This document shows, in pieces, positions 17,545 to 25,514 of a DNA stretch of 64,000 nt (position 1 is the stretch's first letter; the number at the start of each line of letters is the position of its first letter). Under the pieces are notes generated by a model. It did no database searches and had not been told where the DNA came from. It saw nothing but the letters and a program-made list of their open reading frames with translations. The stretch is taken from assembly GCA_965248975.1 (NCBI GenBank), contig CBDFKU010000015.1:16916-80915 (forward strand). Direction: 5' to 3'. The translations under genes were made by a program, and so were the position numbers. The DNA is from Dehalococcoidia bacterium (GTDB taxonomy: Bacteria; Chloroflexota; Dehalococcoidia; Lucifugimonadales; JAGWBF01).

Positions 17545-18539
17545 GGCTGGCTCCCTGCCGTCCCGTAAACGTCTTCGTAAAGCGCCGTCAACTCCGGGAA
17601 GGGGCTCTCGGCGGCAAAGCGCGCCGCCTCCTCGACCTCCACCATCACCGCGGCGTCGATGTCCAGCAACTCCTGCTTCGAGGCCAGGCCATCGTCCAGC
17701 AGCTTGGCCTTGTAAGTGGCTATGGGGTCTTTCTGCATCCACCCCGATACCTCGATGCGGCGGCGGTACTCGGCGGGGTCGGCCATGGAGTGGCCACGGA
17801 ACCTGTAAGTCTGGGCCTCCAGGAACACGGGTCCGTGCCCTTCTTTGACGTACTTGACCGAGTCTTGGGTGACCCGGCTGACTTCCAGGACGTCCATTCC
17901 GTCCAGTCGCTTGCCCGGCATGTTGTAGGCGTCGGCCAGCTTGTATATGTTCTGGGACAGGGCCAGGGTGTCCTCGACGGGAGCGCCCATGCCGTAGAGG
18001 TTGTTCTCGCAGAGGAAAATCACCGGCAGCTTCCAGATGGACGCCAGGTTCATGGCCTCGTGGAACTCCCCTTCGTTGATAGCTCCGTCTCCCAGGTAGC
18101 ACATGACCAGACGATCTTCGCTTTTGTATTTGGCGGCCAGGGCCAGGCCCGTGGCCACCGGCATCTGGCCACCGACGATGGCGTACCCGCCCATGAAGTT
18201 CCTGGAGACGTCGAAGAGGTGCATCGAGCCGCCCTTGCCCTGGCTGCTGCCGGTGGCCTTGCCGAACAGCTCGGCCATGACCACCCTGCTCTCCATACCC
18301 CTGGCCAGGGCATGGCCGTGGTCCCGGTAGTGGGTTAGCAAATAGTCTTGAGGCCTCAGGGCTGAGATAGAGCCGACCGCGATGGCCTCCTCGCCTATGT
18401 AGAGATGGAGAAAGCCGCGGATGTTGCCCTGCATGTACTGCCGGCTGCACTCTTCCTCGAAAATCCGCACCAGCATTAGCTGGCGGTAAAACTCAAGGAG
18501 CTCTGTCTTGTCCAGCTCATTCTTCACTTTAACAGCCAA
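17541..18539 (-). CDS. pdhA: 2-oxoacid dehydrogenase E1 component alpha subunit (TPP-dependent)
   Basis: 332 aa. GFLHLYIGEEA and the TPP motif YLGDGAINEGEFHEAMN. TTG start. Confidence 0.92.
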   Translation of the reverse strand: MAVKVKNELDKTELLEFYRQLMLVRIFEEECSRQYMQGNIRGFLHLYIGEEAIAVGSISALRPQDYLLTHYRDHGHALARGMESRVVMAELFGKATGSSQGKGGSMHLFDVSRNFMGGYAIVGGQMPVATGLALAAKYKSEDRLVMCYLGDGAINEGEFHEAMNLASIWKLPVIFLCENNLYGMGAPVEDTLALSQNIYKLADAYNMPGKRLDGMDVLEVSRVTQDSVKYVKEGHGPVFLEAQTYRFRGHSMADPAEYRRRIEVSGWMQKDPIATYKAKLLDDGLASKQELLDIDAAVMVEVEEAARFAAESPFPELTALYEDVYGTAGSQP

Positions 18540-18554
18540 TGTAGTCGCACTCCC

Positions 18555-19946
18555 TCAGATATGGATTGCCTGCCCGTCGGCGGCCAGGGCAGCCTCTTTC
18601 ACGACTTCCGACAGAGTAGGATGGGAGTGGACCATCCAGCCCAGCTCGGTTGTGGTGCCTTCCAAGAGCCGGGCCATGGAAAGCTCAGCCAGCATCTCGG
18701 TTACCTCGGGGCCGATCATGTGGGCCCCCAGGATCTCGCCATATTTGTCGTCCACCACTAGCTTGACCATGCCCACAGTCTCGCCGATGGCAACCGCTTT
18801 ACCGCTGGCCTGGAACGGGAACTTCCCGATCCTGACGTTGTGTCCCTGATCCCGGGCCTGCTGCTCGGTCAGACCGAAGCTGGCCACCTGGGGCAGGCAG
18901 TAGGTCGCCCGGGGCATGTTGACGTAGTCGAGGGCTTGTGACTCAACGCCCGCCATGGTCTCCGCCGCCATCACTCCCTGGGCGGAGGCCACGTGGGCCA
19001 GGAGAAGCTTCCCGGTGACGTCGCCTATGGCGTAGATCCCAGGCACGTTGGTGGACATATGGTCGTCTATACCGACGTAGCCCCGCTCCGTGGCTACCCC
19101 GATCCCATCCAGATTCAGCTCCTCGGTGTTAGCCTGCACGCCTATGGCCACCAACACCTTCTCGCACTCGATCTCCTGCACTCCGTTGGATGACTCCACC
19201 TTCAACCTGGCTCCGCCGTCCAGCGGGGCCATCTCCGTGACCCCTGAGCCGGTCATGCACTTGATCCCTTCCTTGATGAAGGCTTCTTCCAACTGCTTGC
19301 TGATCTCTTCGTCTTCGTTGGGCACCACGCGTGGAAGGAGCTCCACGAGAGTCACGTCGACGCCATAGGTGTTGAGTATGTAGGCGAACTCCGCACCGGT
19401 GGCCCCGGCGCCCACTATGACCATAGAGGTGGGGAGCTGGCGCATATCCAGAGCATGGCGGCTGGTGAGCACGCGCTCGCCGTCGATGGGCAGGGCGGGG
19501 ATGCTCCTGGGGCGGGCGCCGGTTGCGATGATGATGTTCTTGGCGCCTATGACCTTCCCGTCGGGGGACACCTCCAGGGTATGGCCATCCCGGAACCTGG
19601 CCTCGCCCGCGATGTGGTCGACCTTGTTCTTCCGCAGGAGGAAGCCCACACCCTTGGTGTTGCGCTCGACTACCTTGCGGCTGCGCTCGACGGCCTTGGC
19701 ATAGTCGACGTGCAGCTTGTCGAAAGAAAACCCGAACTCATCGCCTCTATGAAGGAGGGACACGATCTCGGCGTTCTTGAGGAGAGCTTTGCTGGGTATG
19801 CATCCCCAGTTGAGGCATACGCCACCCAGCTCTTCCCGTTCGATTACCGCGACATTAAGCCCCAGTTGGGCCGCCCGGATCGCCGCGACATATCCTCCGG
19901 GCCCCGCTCCCACGACGACTACGTCGTACTCTGCATCCACCGCCAC
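18555..19946 (-). CDS. lpdA: dihydrolipoyl dehydrogenase (E3)
   Basis: 463 aa. GAGPGGYVAA FAD motif, redox disulfide GGVCLNWGCIPSK, C-terminal HSHPTLSE. GTG start. Confidence 0.93.
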   Translation of the reverse strand: MAVDAEYDVVVVGAGPGGYVAAIRAAQLGLNVAVIEREELGGVCLNWGCIPSKALLKNAEIVSLLHRGDEFGFSFDKLHVDYAKAVERSRKVVERNTKGVGFLLRKNKVDHIAGEARFRDGHTLEVSPDGKVIGAKNIIIATGARPRSIPALPIDGERVLTSRHALDMRQLPTSMVIVGAGATGAEFAYILNTYGVDVTLVELLPRVVPNEDEEISKQLEEAFIKEGIKCMTGSGVTEMAPLDGGARLKVESSNGVQEIECEKVLVAIGVQANTEELNLDGIGVATERGYVGIDDHMSTNVPGIYAIGDVTGKLLLAHVASAQGVMAAETMAGVESQALDYVNMPRATYCLPQVASFGLTEQQARDQGHNVRIGKFPFQASGKAVAIGETVGMVKLVVDDKYGEILGAHMIGPEVTEMLAELSMARLLEGTTTELGWMVHSHPTLSEVVKEAALAADGQAIHI

Positions 19947-20022
19947 CTTTTAAACCCCCACATTCTGATCATTTGGGCTGATCATTGCCCAGATCCGCAT
20001 GGCCTTCGTGTATGAAGCCCAT

Positions 20023-20052
20023 ATTATATTCCCGTTCTGAGTCGCTATTCAA
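20023..20052 (-). promoter_or_regulatory. sigma70-like promoter for the lpd-pdh operon
   Basis: On the minus strand: TTGAAT (20052-20047), 18-nt spacer, TATAAT (20028-20023). Confidence 0.4.
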
Positions 20053-20118
20053 GAACCGGACCACCCTTCTACCGGGGTGTTTTTGCTCCCTTTTAGGTCT
20101 ATATACGTGCAGACTACC

Positions 20119-20148
20119 TTGCCCGGCCTCAACTGTCCCTGATATTAT
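20119..20148 (+). promoter_or_regulatory. sigma70-like promoter (extended -10) for tatA
   Basis: TTGCCC (20119-20124), 18-nt spacer ending in TGA, TATTAT (20143-20148). Confidence 0.35.
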
Positions 20149-20185
20149 AATAGGCACCGGCAGGCTGGAATACAAGGAGGTCACC

Positions 20186-20410
20186 ATGGAGCTACCGCTG
20201 CTCCTTTTACGAGGCATCGGGCCCGCTGAAATCGCGATAATCGTGGTAGTACTGGTGATGGTCTTCGGGGCAACCCGACTGCCGAAGCTTGGGTCGTCCC
20301 TGGGCCAGAGCCTGAGGGCGTTCAAGAACGCGATAAGTGGACAAGACGAGGAAGGCGGCGACGACGAGACCAAGGCCGTCAAGTCCGCTTCAAAAGACCA
20401 GAAGGACTAG
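20186..20410 (+). CDS. tatA: twin-arginine translocase TatA/E-family protein
   Basis: SD AAGGAGG then an ATG. GPAEIAIIVVVLVMVFGATRLPKLGSSLGQSLRAFK is the TatA signature. The track ORF start 19985 is upstream of the SD. Confidence 0.85.
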   Translation: MELPLLLLRGIGPAEIAIIVVVLVMVFGATRLPKLGSSLGQSLRAFKNAISGQDEEGGDDETKAVKSASKDQKD

Positions 20411-20441
20411 ACCCCTCGGATCATCGCCACTATACGTGCCG

Positions 20442-21206
20442 CTAACCGCCTCGCGGCGCGACCTCCGGTTGGGTCTCCCTGCCACGGGCCGCAAACCTGG
20501 CCAGCAGTATACCCACTTCGTACAGCAGAATCAGGGGCGCGGCCACCAGGGACTGGTTTATAGGATCGAAGGTGGGGGTTATCAGGGCCCCAAGTACGAA
20601 GGCCACCACGACCCAGTAGCGCCTCCACCGGGCGAATCCCCTGCCCGTGACAATCCCCAGCTTGGCCAACAGGAACATCACTATGGGCGTCTCGAAGACG
20701 ATCCCCATCCAGAACAGCAGCATCACCATCACGTTCACGTAGTTCCCTATGCGTATCAGAGGGGTGGCCAGGTCGCTTCCCCAGCTCAGCAGGAAGTCGA
20801 TGGCCGGCGGAATCAGCACGAAGTAGCCGAAGGACACGCCCGCCGCAAAAGCCACCACCACTCCCGGCATGAAGCCGAAGAGGTAGCGCCTTTCCTTCGG
20901 GGTGAGTCCGGGAGCCACGAACATGATGACTTGGTAGAGGATCACCGGGAACGCCAGCACCAGCCCGGCCACTAGGGAGACCTTGAAGGTAACGGCCACC
21001 ATCTCGGTGACCTCCACGAATACGAGCCCTGGCCCTCCGCCTGTCGCGGCGGTCAGGTCATCGGCAGGGCGCAGCAGCAGCCTTATGATGTCCTTGTAGA
21101 AGACGAAGGCCACGGCGATGCCTACCACCGTGGCCAGGCCGGAGATCGTCAGCCTGCGTCGGAGCTCGGCCAGGTGCTGGGTCACCGGCCTCTCCCGGTC
21201 CTTCAA
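20442..21206 (-). CDS. tatC: twin-arginine translocase subunit TatC
   Basis: 254 aa, six-TM pattern. HLAELRRRL...PGLTPKERR are typical TatC motifs. Confidence 0.9.
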   Translation of the reverse strand: MKDRERPVTQHLAELRRRLTISGLATVVGIAVAFVFYKDIIRLLLRPADDLTAATGGGPGLVFVEVTEMVAVTFKVSLVAGLVLAFPVILYQVIMFVAPGLTPKERRYLFGFMPGVVVAFAAGVSFGYFVLIPPAIDFLLSWGSDLATPLIRIGNYVNVMVMLLFWMGIVFETPIVMFLLAKLGIVTGRGFARWRRYWVVVAFVLGALITPTFDPINQSLVAAPLILLYEVGILLARFAARGRETQPEVAPRGG

Positions 21207-21439
21207 CTGTGCCCCCCGGGAGGCCTTCTTCCGTCGCCGTCGGGGGGTTCGATGTTTTCCATCTCCCGACGCAGATCCCGCTCCTCGGCCTCGACGGCTT
21301 TGGACAGATCGCCCATGGCGCGACGCACTTCACCCAGGGCTTTGCCGGCGCCCCGGGCCATATTGATGGCTTTGGCCGGGCCCAACACGACCAAGGCGAT
21401 GGCTATTATCATCATCAGCTCAAGACCACCGATACCCAT
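21203..21439 (-). CDS. tatB: TatA/TatB-family protein (TatB-like), translationally coupled to tatC
   Basis: MGIGGLELMMIIAIALVVLGPAKAINMARGAGKALGEVRR. The stop overlaps the tatC ATG (ATGA). Confidence 0.7.
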   Translation of the reverse strand: MGIGGLELMMIIAIALVVLGPAKAINMARGAGKALGEVRRAMGDLSKAVEAEERDLRREMENIEPPDGDGRRPPGGHS

Positions 21440-21444
21440 GAAGC

Positions 21445-23346
21445 TCAATTCGGATGCACTCCTTCCCCAGGACCCGACGCTTTGAGGGGACACCGCGAGC
21501 AGCCGTCGGTCGCCGGTGCGTGGTGCGTCCACTCCTCCCCGAGGCCCGCGTCGGCCAGTAAATCTGTCAGGGTGCACAGCGGGAGCCCAACCACGTTGGT
21601 GTAGCACCCGTCCACGTGGGCCGCGGGCCGAAACGCCGGGTCCTGGACCGCGTATGCCCCGGCTTTGTCCATGGGCTCGCCGGAAGCGACGTAGGCCGCC
21701 ACTTCACCATCCGAGTAATTCCGCATGGTCACGTGACTGACCAGGCTTGCCACTCGCTCGCTCCCGCCTCCGGCGCCCACAACCGCCACGCCGGTTACGA
21801 CCTGGTGTTCTCGGTTCCTGAGACGGGAGAGCATTTCCGCGGCCTCGTCCTCGTCCCTGGGCTTGCCAAGTGCTTCCCCGTCCAGTACTACGGTGCTATC
21901 GGCTCCCACCACCAGGCCCGACGTACGAGACGAAGCAACCTTCCTGGCCTTGGATAGGGCCAGCCGCTCTACCATGTCCCCGGGCGACTCACCATCCTGA
22001 GTGTCTTCGGCCACGTCCGGCGCGACGACGCTGAACTCCAGGCCCAGCTGGGCCAGCAGCTCCCTCCTCCTGGGCGAGGTGGATGCCAGGACGACGTCGG
22101 ACTGCGGGGAGGAGTGCTGCGCGGCCGGCGCACCGGGTTCGGCGGCATGCCCGTCCCACACCAGAGTCGCCACGCACTCGATGTGATGGGTCTGGGGGAA
22201 CATGTCCACCGGCTGCACGCTCTCCAGTCTGTAAGGGCCACAAAGCACCTTCAGATCACGAGCCAGGGCTTCTGGGTCACAGGAAACATATACCACCCTC
22301 TCTGGAGCCAGCCGGATGACGGCTTCGAGGGCGTTGGGGCGGCAGCCCACTCTGGGCGGATCGAGTATCAGCCCGTCGGGTGGCTCCTCCATCAGGGCCA
22401 GCACCTCTTCGGTCTTCCCATGAATGAATCGTAGATTGTCGATGCCTTCGGCGTTGGCCTCGGCGTCCTGTACAGCAGAGGCCGAATCTTCGATGGCCAC
22501 TACCTGCCCGGTATGGGGCGCCAACATGACTGCAAACACGCCGACGCCAGCATAGGCATCTACGACCGACTCCCTCCCAGACAACCTCAGGCCGTCCTTC
22601 ACCAGCTCGAGGATCCGTTCCGCCTGCCTGGTGTTGACCTGGAAGAAGGAGGAGCTGGCGACACGAAACTCCCGGCCATCCAGGCGCTCGCTATAGTGGG
22701 TTTGGCCGGACACCAGGCACACCTCTTCCGTCTTCAACACAGGCTGGACCAGAAAATCGCCGGTGTTCACCCCGTATCTGAGGGACAGCTGGCTGGTCTC
22801 GGCGCACTTGCGCTGGAGCAGGCCCAAGGCGTCGTTGATCCAGGGGTGCATCAGCAGGCACCTGTCCACCACGACGAACCTGCGGCTCTCGCGGTTGACG
22901 AAGCCCAGCTCTCCATAGCGTCTGCCGACGGTAAACCGGGCGTGGTTCCGGTATCCGTACTCCTCGGGCGAGGGTAGTGTGGGATGGACCAGGCTTACGT
23001 CAAAGCCGCCGGCACGCTCGAGGGCCTCCACCACCATGCTTCTCTTGGTCCGAAGCTGGTGCTGATAGTCAACGTGCTGCCACTGGCAGCCGGTGCATGA
23101 CCCGAAGTACGAGCACGGCGCCTCGATCCGATGTGGTGAGGGCTCGATGACCCGGGTCACCCGCGCGGCGATATAGTCCCGCCGACCCGTTATCACCTCG
23201 GCTTCTACCTCTTCTCCTGGGATGCCTCCGAATACACGAACCTCCTGCCCATTATGGCTAGCCAGGGTCTCCCCCTGACGTCCCCAACATTCGAGGCGCA
23301 CCGTTATGTGCTCTACGGGCAGATCTTGTCGCACTTTCGACGCCAT
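21445..23346 (-). CDS. fusion protein: RlmD/RumA-like 23S rRNA (uracil-C5) methyltransferase (TRAM + 4Fe-4S Cys + SAM MTase) fused to a Maf nucleoside-triphosphate pyrophosphatase domain
   Basis: Single uninterrupted frame. N-part has APCSYFGSCTGCQWQH, VDAYAGVGVF, DPPRVG and a C-terminal MTase end FPQTHHIECV. After the linker AAEPGAPAAQHSSPQS comes Maf: VLASTSPRRRELL...GADSTVVLDG..LGKP...DKAGAYAVQD (21445-22098). Start is uncertain (ATG 23346, ATG 23409 or GTG 23433). Confidence 0.8.
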   Translation of the reverse strand: MASKVRQDLPVEHITVRLECWGRQGETLASHNGQEVRVFGGIPGEEVEAEVITGRRDYIAARVTRVIEPSPHRIEAPCSYFGSCTGCQWQHVDYQHQLRTKRSMVVEALERAGGFDVSLVHPTLPSPEEYGYRNHARFTVGRRYGELGFVNRESRRFVVVDRCLLMHPWINDALGLLQRKCAETSQLSLRYGVNTGDFLVQPVLKTEEVCLVSGQTHYSERLDGREFRVASSSFFQVNTRQAERILELVKDGLRLSGRESVVDAYAGVGVFAVMLAPHTGQVVAIEDSASAVQDAEANAEGIDNLRFIHGKTEEVLALMEEPPDGLILDPPRVGCRPNALEAVIRLAPERVVYVSCDPEALARDLKVLCGPYRLESVQPVDMFPQTHHIECVATLVWDGHAAEPGAPAAQHSSPQSDVVLASTSPRRRELLAQLGLEFSVVAPDVAEDTQDGESPGDMVERLALSKARKVASSRTSGLVVGADSTVVLDGEALGKPRDEDEAAEMLSRLRNREHQVVTGVAVVGAGGGSERVASLVSHVTMRNYSDGEVAAYVASGEPMDKAGAYAVQDPAFRPAAHVDGCYTNVVGLPLCTLTDLLADAGLGEEWTHHAPATDGCSRCPLKASGPGEGVHPN

Positions 23347-23600
23347 TGCAGACACTATAACCCAACCCTCTTTCAGTGCCAAGGGACGATGGATAGCGAC
23401 GTTAGGCATAGATGACTGGGTTCTGTTTCTCACGGTCTCCGTCGGGCAGCTAGCAAGGGTCTTTTCACCTTCCTGTCATGCTGAGGAGCCCTTCGGCGTT
23501 TCTCAGGGTAAACTACGCGACGAAGCATCTGGTGGGGGGCGGTCACCGCCTCAGGCTCAGGGTGACAATGAAAAGACCAGGGGAGGCCAACCGACCCAGG

Positions 23601-23628
23601 TTGACCTTATCTCTACGGTCGGTATAAA
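23601..23628 (+). promoter_or_regulatory. sigma70-like promoter for trxA (and probably selC)
   Basis: TTGACC (23601-23606), 16-nt spacer, TATAAA (23623-23628). Confidence 0.45.
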
Positions 23629-23713
23629 CTGTCACCCAGAGCAAAGCTCCAGATGAACCTGTGGAGCGTCTTAACAATCTAATACATGTAAAGCGAGTTA
23701 GGAAAGGAGCCAA

Positions 23714-24040
23714 ATGGCAGAACCCTTCGCAGTAACCGATAACGACTTCGACGAGAAGGTCTTGAAGTCCGACCGCCCAGTGCTGGTGGACTTTTGGGCC
23801 GACTGGTGCATGCCCTGCAAGATGATTGCCCCGATAGTCGAGGAGCTCTCCGCAGAGTACGATGGAAAGTTGGACTTCGCCAAGCTGGACGTCGACTCCA
23901 ACGACAAGACCGCTATGACCTACGGCGTACGCAGCATTCCCACCCTCCTCATCTTCAAGGAGGGTCAACCAATAGACCAGATCGTTGGGGCAGTGCCCAA
24001 AGGCGTGCTGAAGAAAAAGATCGACTCGGCCCTGGGTTAA
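23714..24040 (+). CDS. trxA: thioredoxin with atypical WCMPC active site
   Basis: 108 aa. VLVDFWADWCMPCKMIAP...YGVRSIPTLLIFK. SD AGGAAAGGAG. Confidence 0.9.
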   Translation: MAEPFAVTDNDFDEKVLKSDRPVLVDFWADWCMPCKMIAPIVEELSAEYDGKLDFAKLDVDSNDKTAMTYGVRSIPTLLIFKEGQPIDQIVGAVPKGVLKKKIDSALG

Positions 24041-24071
24041 GGCCCGTCGACGGTCGATCCCTCCCCACCTC

Positions 24072-24167
24072 GGGAGTGGATGGGGCCCGGTGGCTCTTGC
24101 GGACTTCAAATCCGTTGTGCCTCGTTAGCACGGGGTAGGTGGGTTCGACTCCCTCTCACTCCCGCCA
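24072..24167 (+). tRNA. selC: tRNA-Sec (UCA anticodon)
   Basis: Hand fold: 8-bp acceptor stem (GGGAGTGG / TCACTCCC), 6-bp D stem with 4-nt loop, anticodon loop CUUCAAA, long extra arm (GTGC-CTCGTTA-GCAC), GGTTCGACTCC T arm, discriminator G and an encoded CCA. Close in layout to E. coli selC as I recall it. Confidence 0.9.
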
Positions 24168-24211
24168 GTGTGAGCTGAATATAGTAGGCTCCGCCAAACG
24201 ATTAGGTGGCA

Positions 24212-24252
24212 CCAAAAAGTATGGCTCCGGCTGTGTCGCCGGAGCCATACTT
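24212..24252 (-). terminator. intrinsic terminator for the minus-strand amidohydrolase gene (may also stop trxA-selC readthrough)
   Basis: 15-bp perfect stem AAGTATGGCTCCGGC / GCCGGAGCCATACTT with a 6-nt loop. A-run on the plus strand gives a U-run after the hairpin on the minus strand. Confidence 0.75.
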
Positions 24253-24364
24253 CTCGTCCTCGATGTGAAATGTAGGGATGTTTCTAGCCGTAGTCATCGG
24301 CGGCGCGCCGACAGCAGCCTTCTCCTTCTCTGTGCTTGTACCGTCCTCGGATCCCCTTAACGCG

Positions 24365-25390
24365 TTAAACCTCTACCCGATACACTCGTGCCGCGGTGTC
24401 ATGGAACATGGACGCGCGCTCGGCGGCCGAGTAGCCCGTGGACAGCCGCTTGAAGGCGTTGTACATCACGTGGTAGGAGAAGGACACCTTGTCGGCGGGA
24501 AAGTTGCTCTCGAACATACACCGGTCGTGGCCGAACTGCTCGATGCAATAGTGGATGTATGGGGCCATGGATTCTGCCAGCTCTTCCGAGCCAATGGGCG
24601 CCTCACGGGTATGCCAGCCATAGCCGGTGTGGGGCATTCCAAGGCCACCCAGCTTCATGTAGACGTTAGGGCACTGGGCCACGGCCGCGATGCCCCTCCG
24701 CCACACCGCCATCACCTCGTCGTCCCGATTGGCGTAAGGGCCGACGCGCAAGAGTCCCCCGATGTGGTTAAGGATTATGGTCAGGTCCGGTACCGCCCTG
24801 GCGAAATCAGCAAGCTCGGGCATCTGGGGGAAGAACAGCCAACCCTCCAGAGACATCCCCATGCGCGCCAGCACCCTGGCGCCCGCCCGGAAGCTGTCCA
24901 TGCCCAGCTGGCCTTCCAATTTATGGGCGGGGGTGTTATCTACTTCGGGATGAGGGTCCCAGGTAACGGAGTGGCGGATGCCGCGAAACCGGTTGGGGCT
25001 GGCCGCCTGTGACGCCTCCAGGACCGGCTTAACCCCGTCGCCCAGGAGGAGGTTGGCGTGGCCGACTATTGCCGCCGGGGCCCGGGCCGGGCCGTACAGA
25101 CCGCTGGCACTGGCCGCAGCCAGGCCCTGAACGAACTCGACTTCACCGACGGGACGCATCTCCTCCGGCTCGTCCGCGCGATACATAGATCTAGCCTCGA
25201 CGTACACCGTGGACCGGACGTTGTGGCCGCTGTTGATGTCGTCGGCCAGCTCGTGGAGGAGATATCGCGCGTAAGGACCGCGCTCGGTCCGGAAGTCCCA
25301 GAAATGGTGGTGAGGGTCGCAGATGGGGATCTCCGGCTCCAGTGTGGGTTCCGAGGTCAGGGCCAGCCAGTCGTTGCCTGTGAGCGCCAT
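24365..25390 (-). CDS. amidohydrolase-2 family (TIM-barrel metal-dependent hydrolase/decarboxylase-like) protein
   Basis: 341 aa. PICDPHHHFWD N-terminal metal-binding motif, and size typical of the PF04909-type family. Confidence 0.75.
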   Translation of the reverse strand: MALTGNDWLALTSEPTLEPEIPICDPHHHFWDFRTERGPYARYLLHELADDINSGHNVRSTVYVEARSMYRADEPEEMRPVGEVEFVQGLAAASASGLYGPARAPAAIVGHANLLLGDGVKPVLEASQAASPNRFRGIRHSVTWDPHPEVDNTPAHKLEGQLGMDSFRAGARVLARMGMSLEGWLFFPQMPELADFARAVPDLTIILNHIGGLLRVGPYANRDDEVMAVWRRGIAAVAQCPNVYMKLGGLGMPHTGYGWHTREAPIGSEELAESMAPYIHYCIEQFGHDRCMFESNFPADKVSFSYHVMYNAFKRLSTGYSAAERASMFHDTAARVYRVEV

Positions 25391-25514
25391 GATGGGGCCT
25401 CCACTGCAGAATTCGGCGGCCCCATCATATCACCTCGTTCATTTCCTGGACATATCACCCCGGTTTCGTATACCTTGTCTTGGAACCGAATCCAACTGGA
25501 ACGTGAGCAATGCC

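Noticed and set aside
16573-18450. 625-aa ORF extending the E1 beta gene over E1 alpha
   Set aside because: The N-terminal 300 aa are Pro/Arg/Gly-rich, off-frame to pdhA. The E1 beta homology starts at MTEVAYREAV, with an ATGA overlap at 17541-17544.
23434-23600. Possible ncRNA in the 280-bp divergent spacer between the rlmD-maf fusion and trxA (hairpin GTCACC…GGTGAC at about 23543-23567)
   Set aside because: There are only short, imperfect stems with no terminator. The spacer is adequately explained by two divergent promoters and 5' UTRs.
24168-24364. Possible genomic-island or integration site next to tRNA-Sec (ORF 24139-24360)
   Set aside because: There is no integrase, no direct repeat of the tRNA 3' end, and no compositional shift. 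The region contains only the terminator of the convergent amidohydrolase gene, and the 73-aa ORF has no SD or homology.
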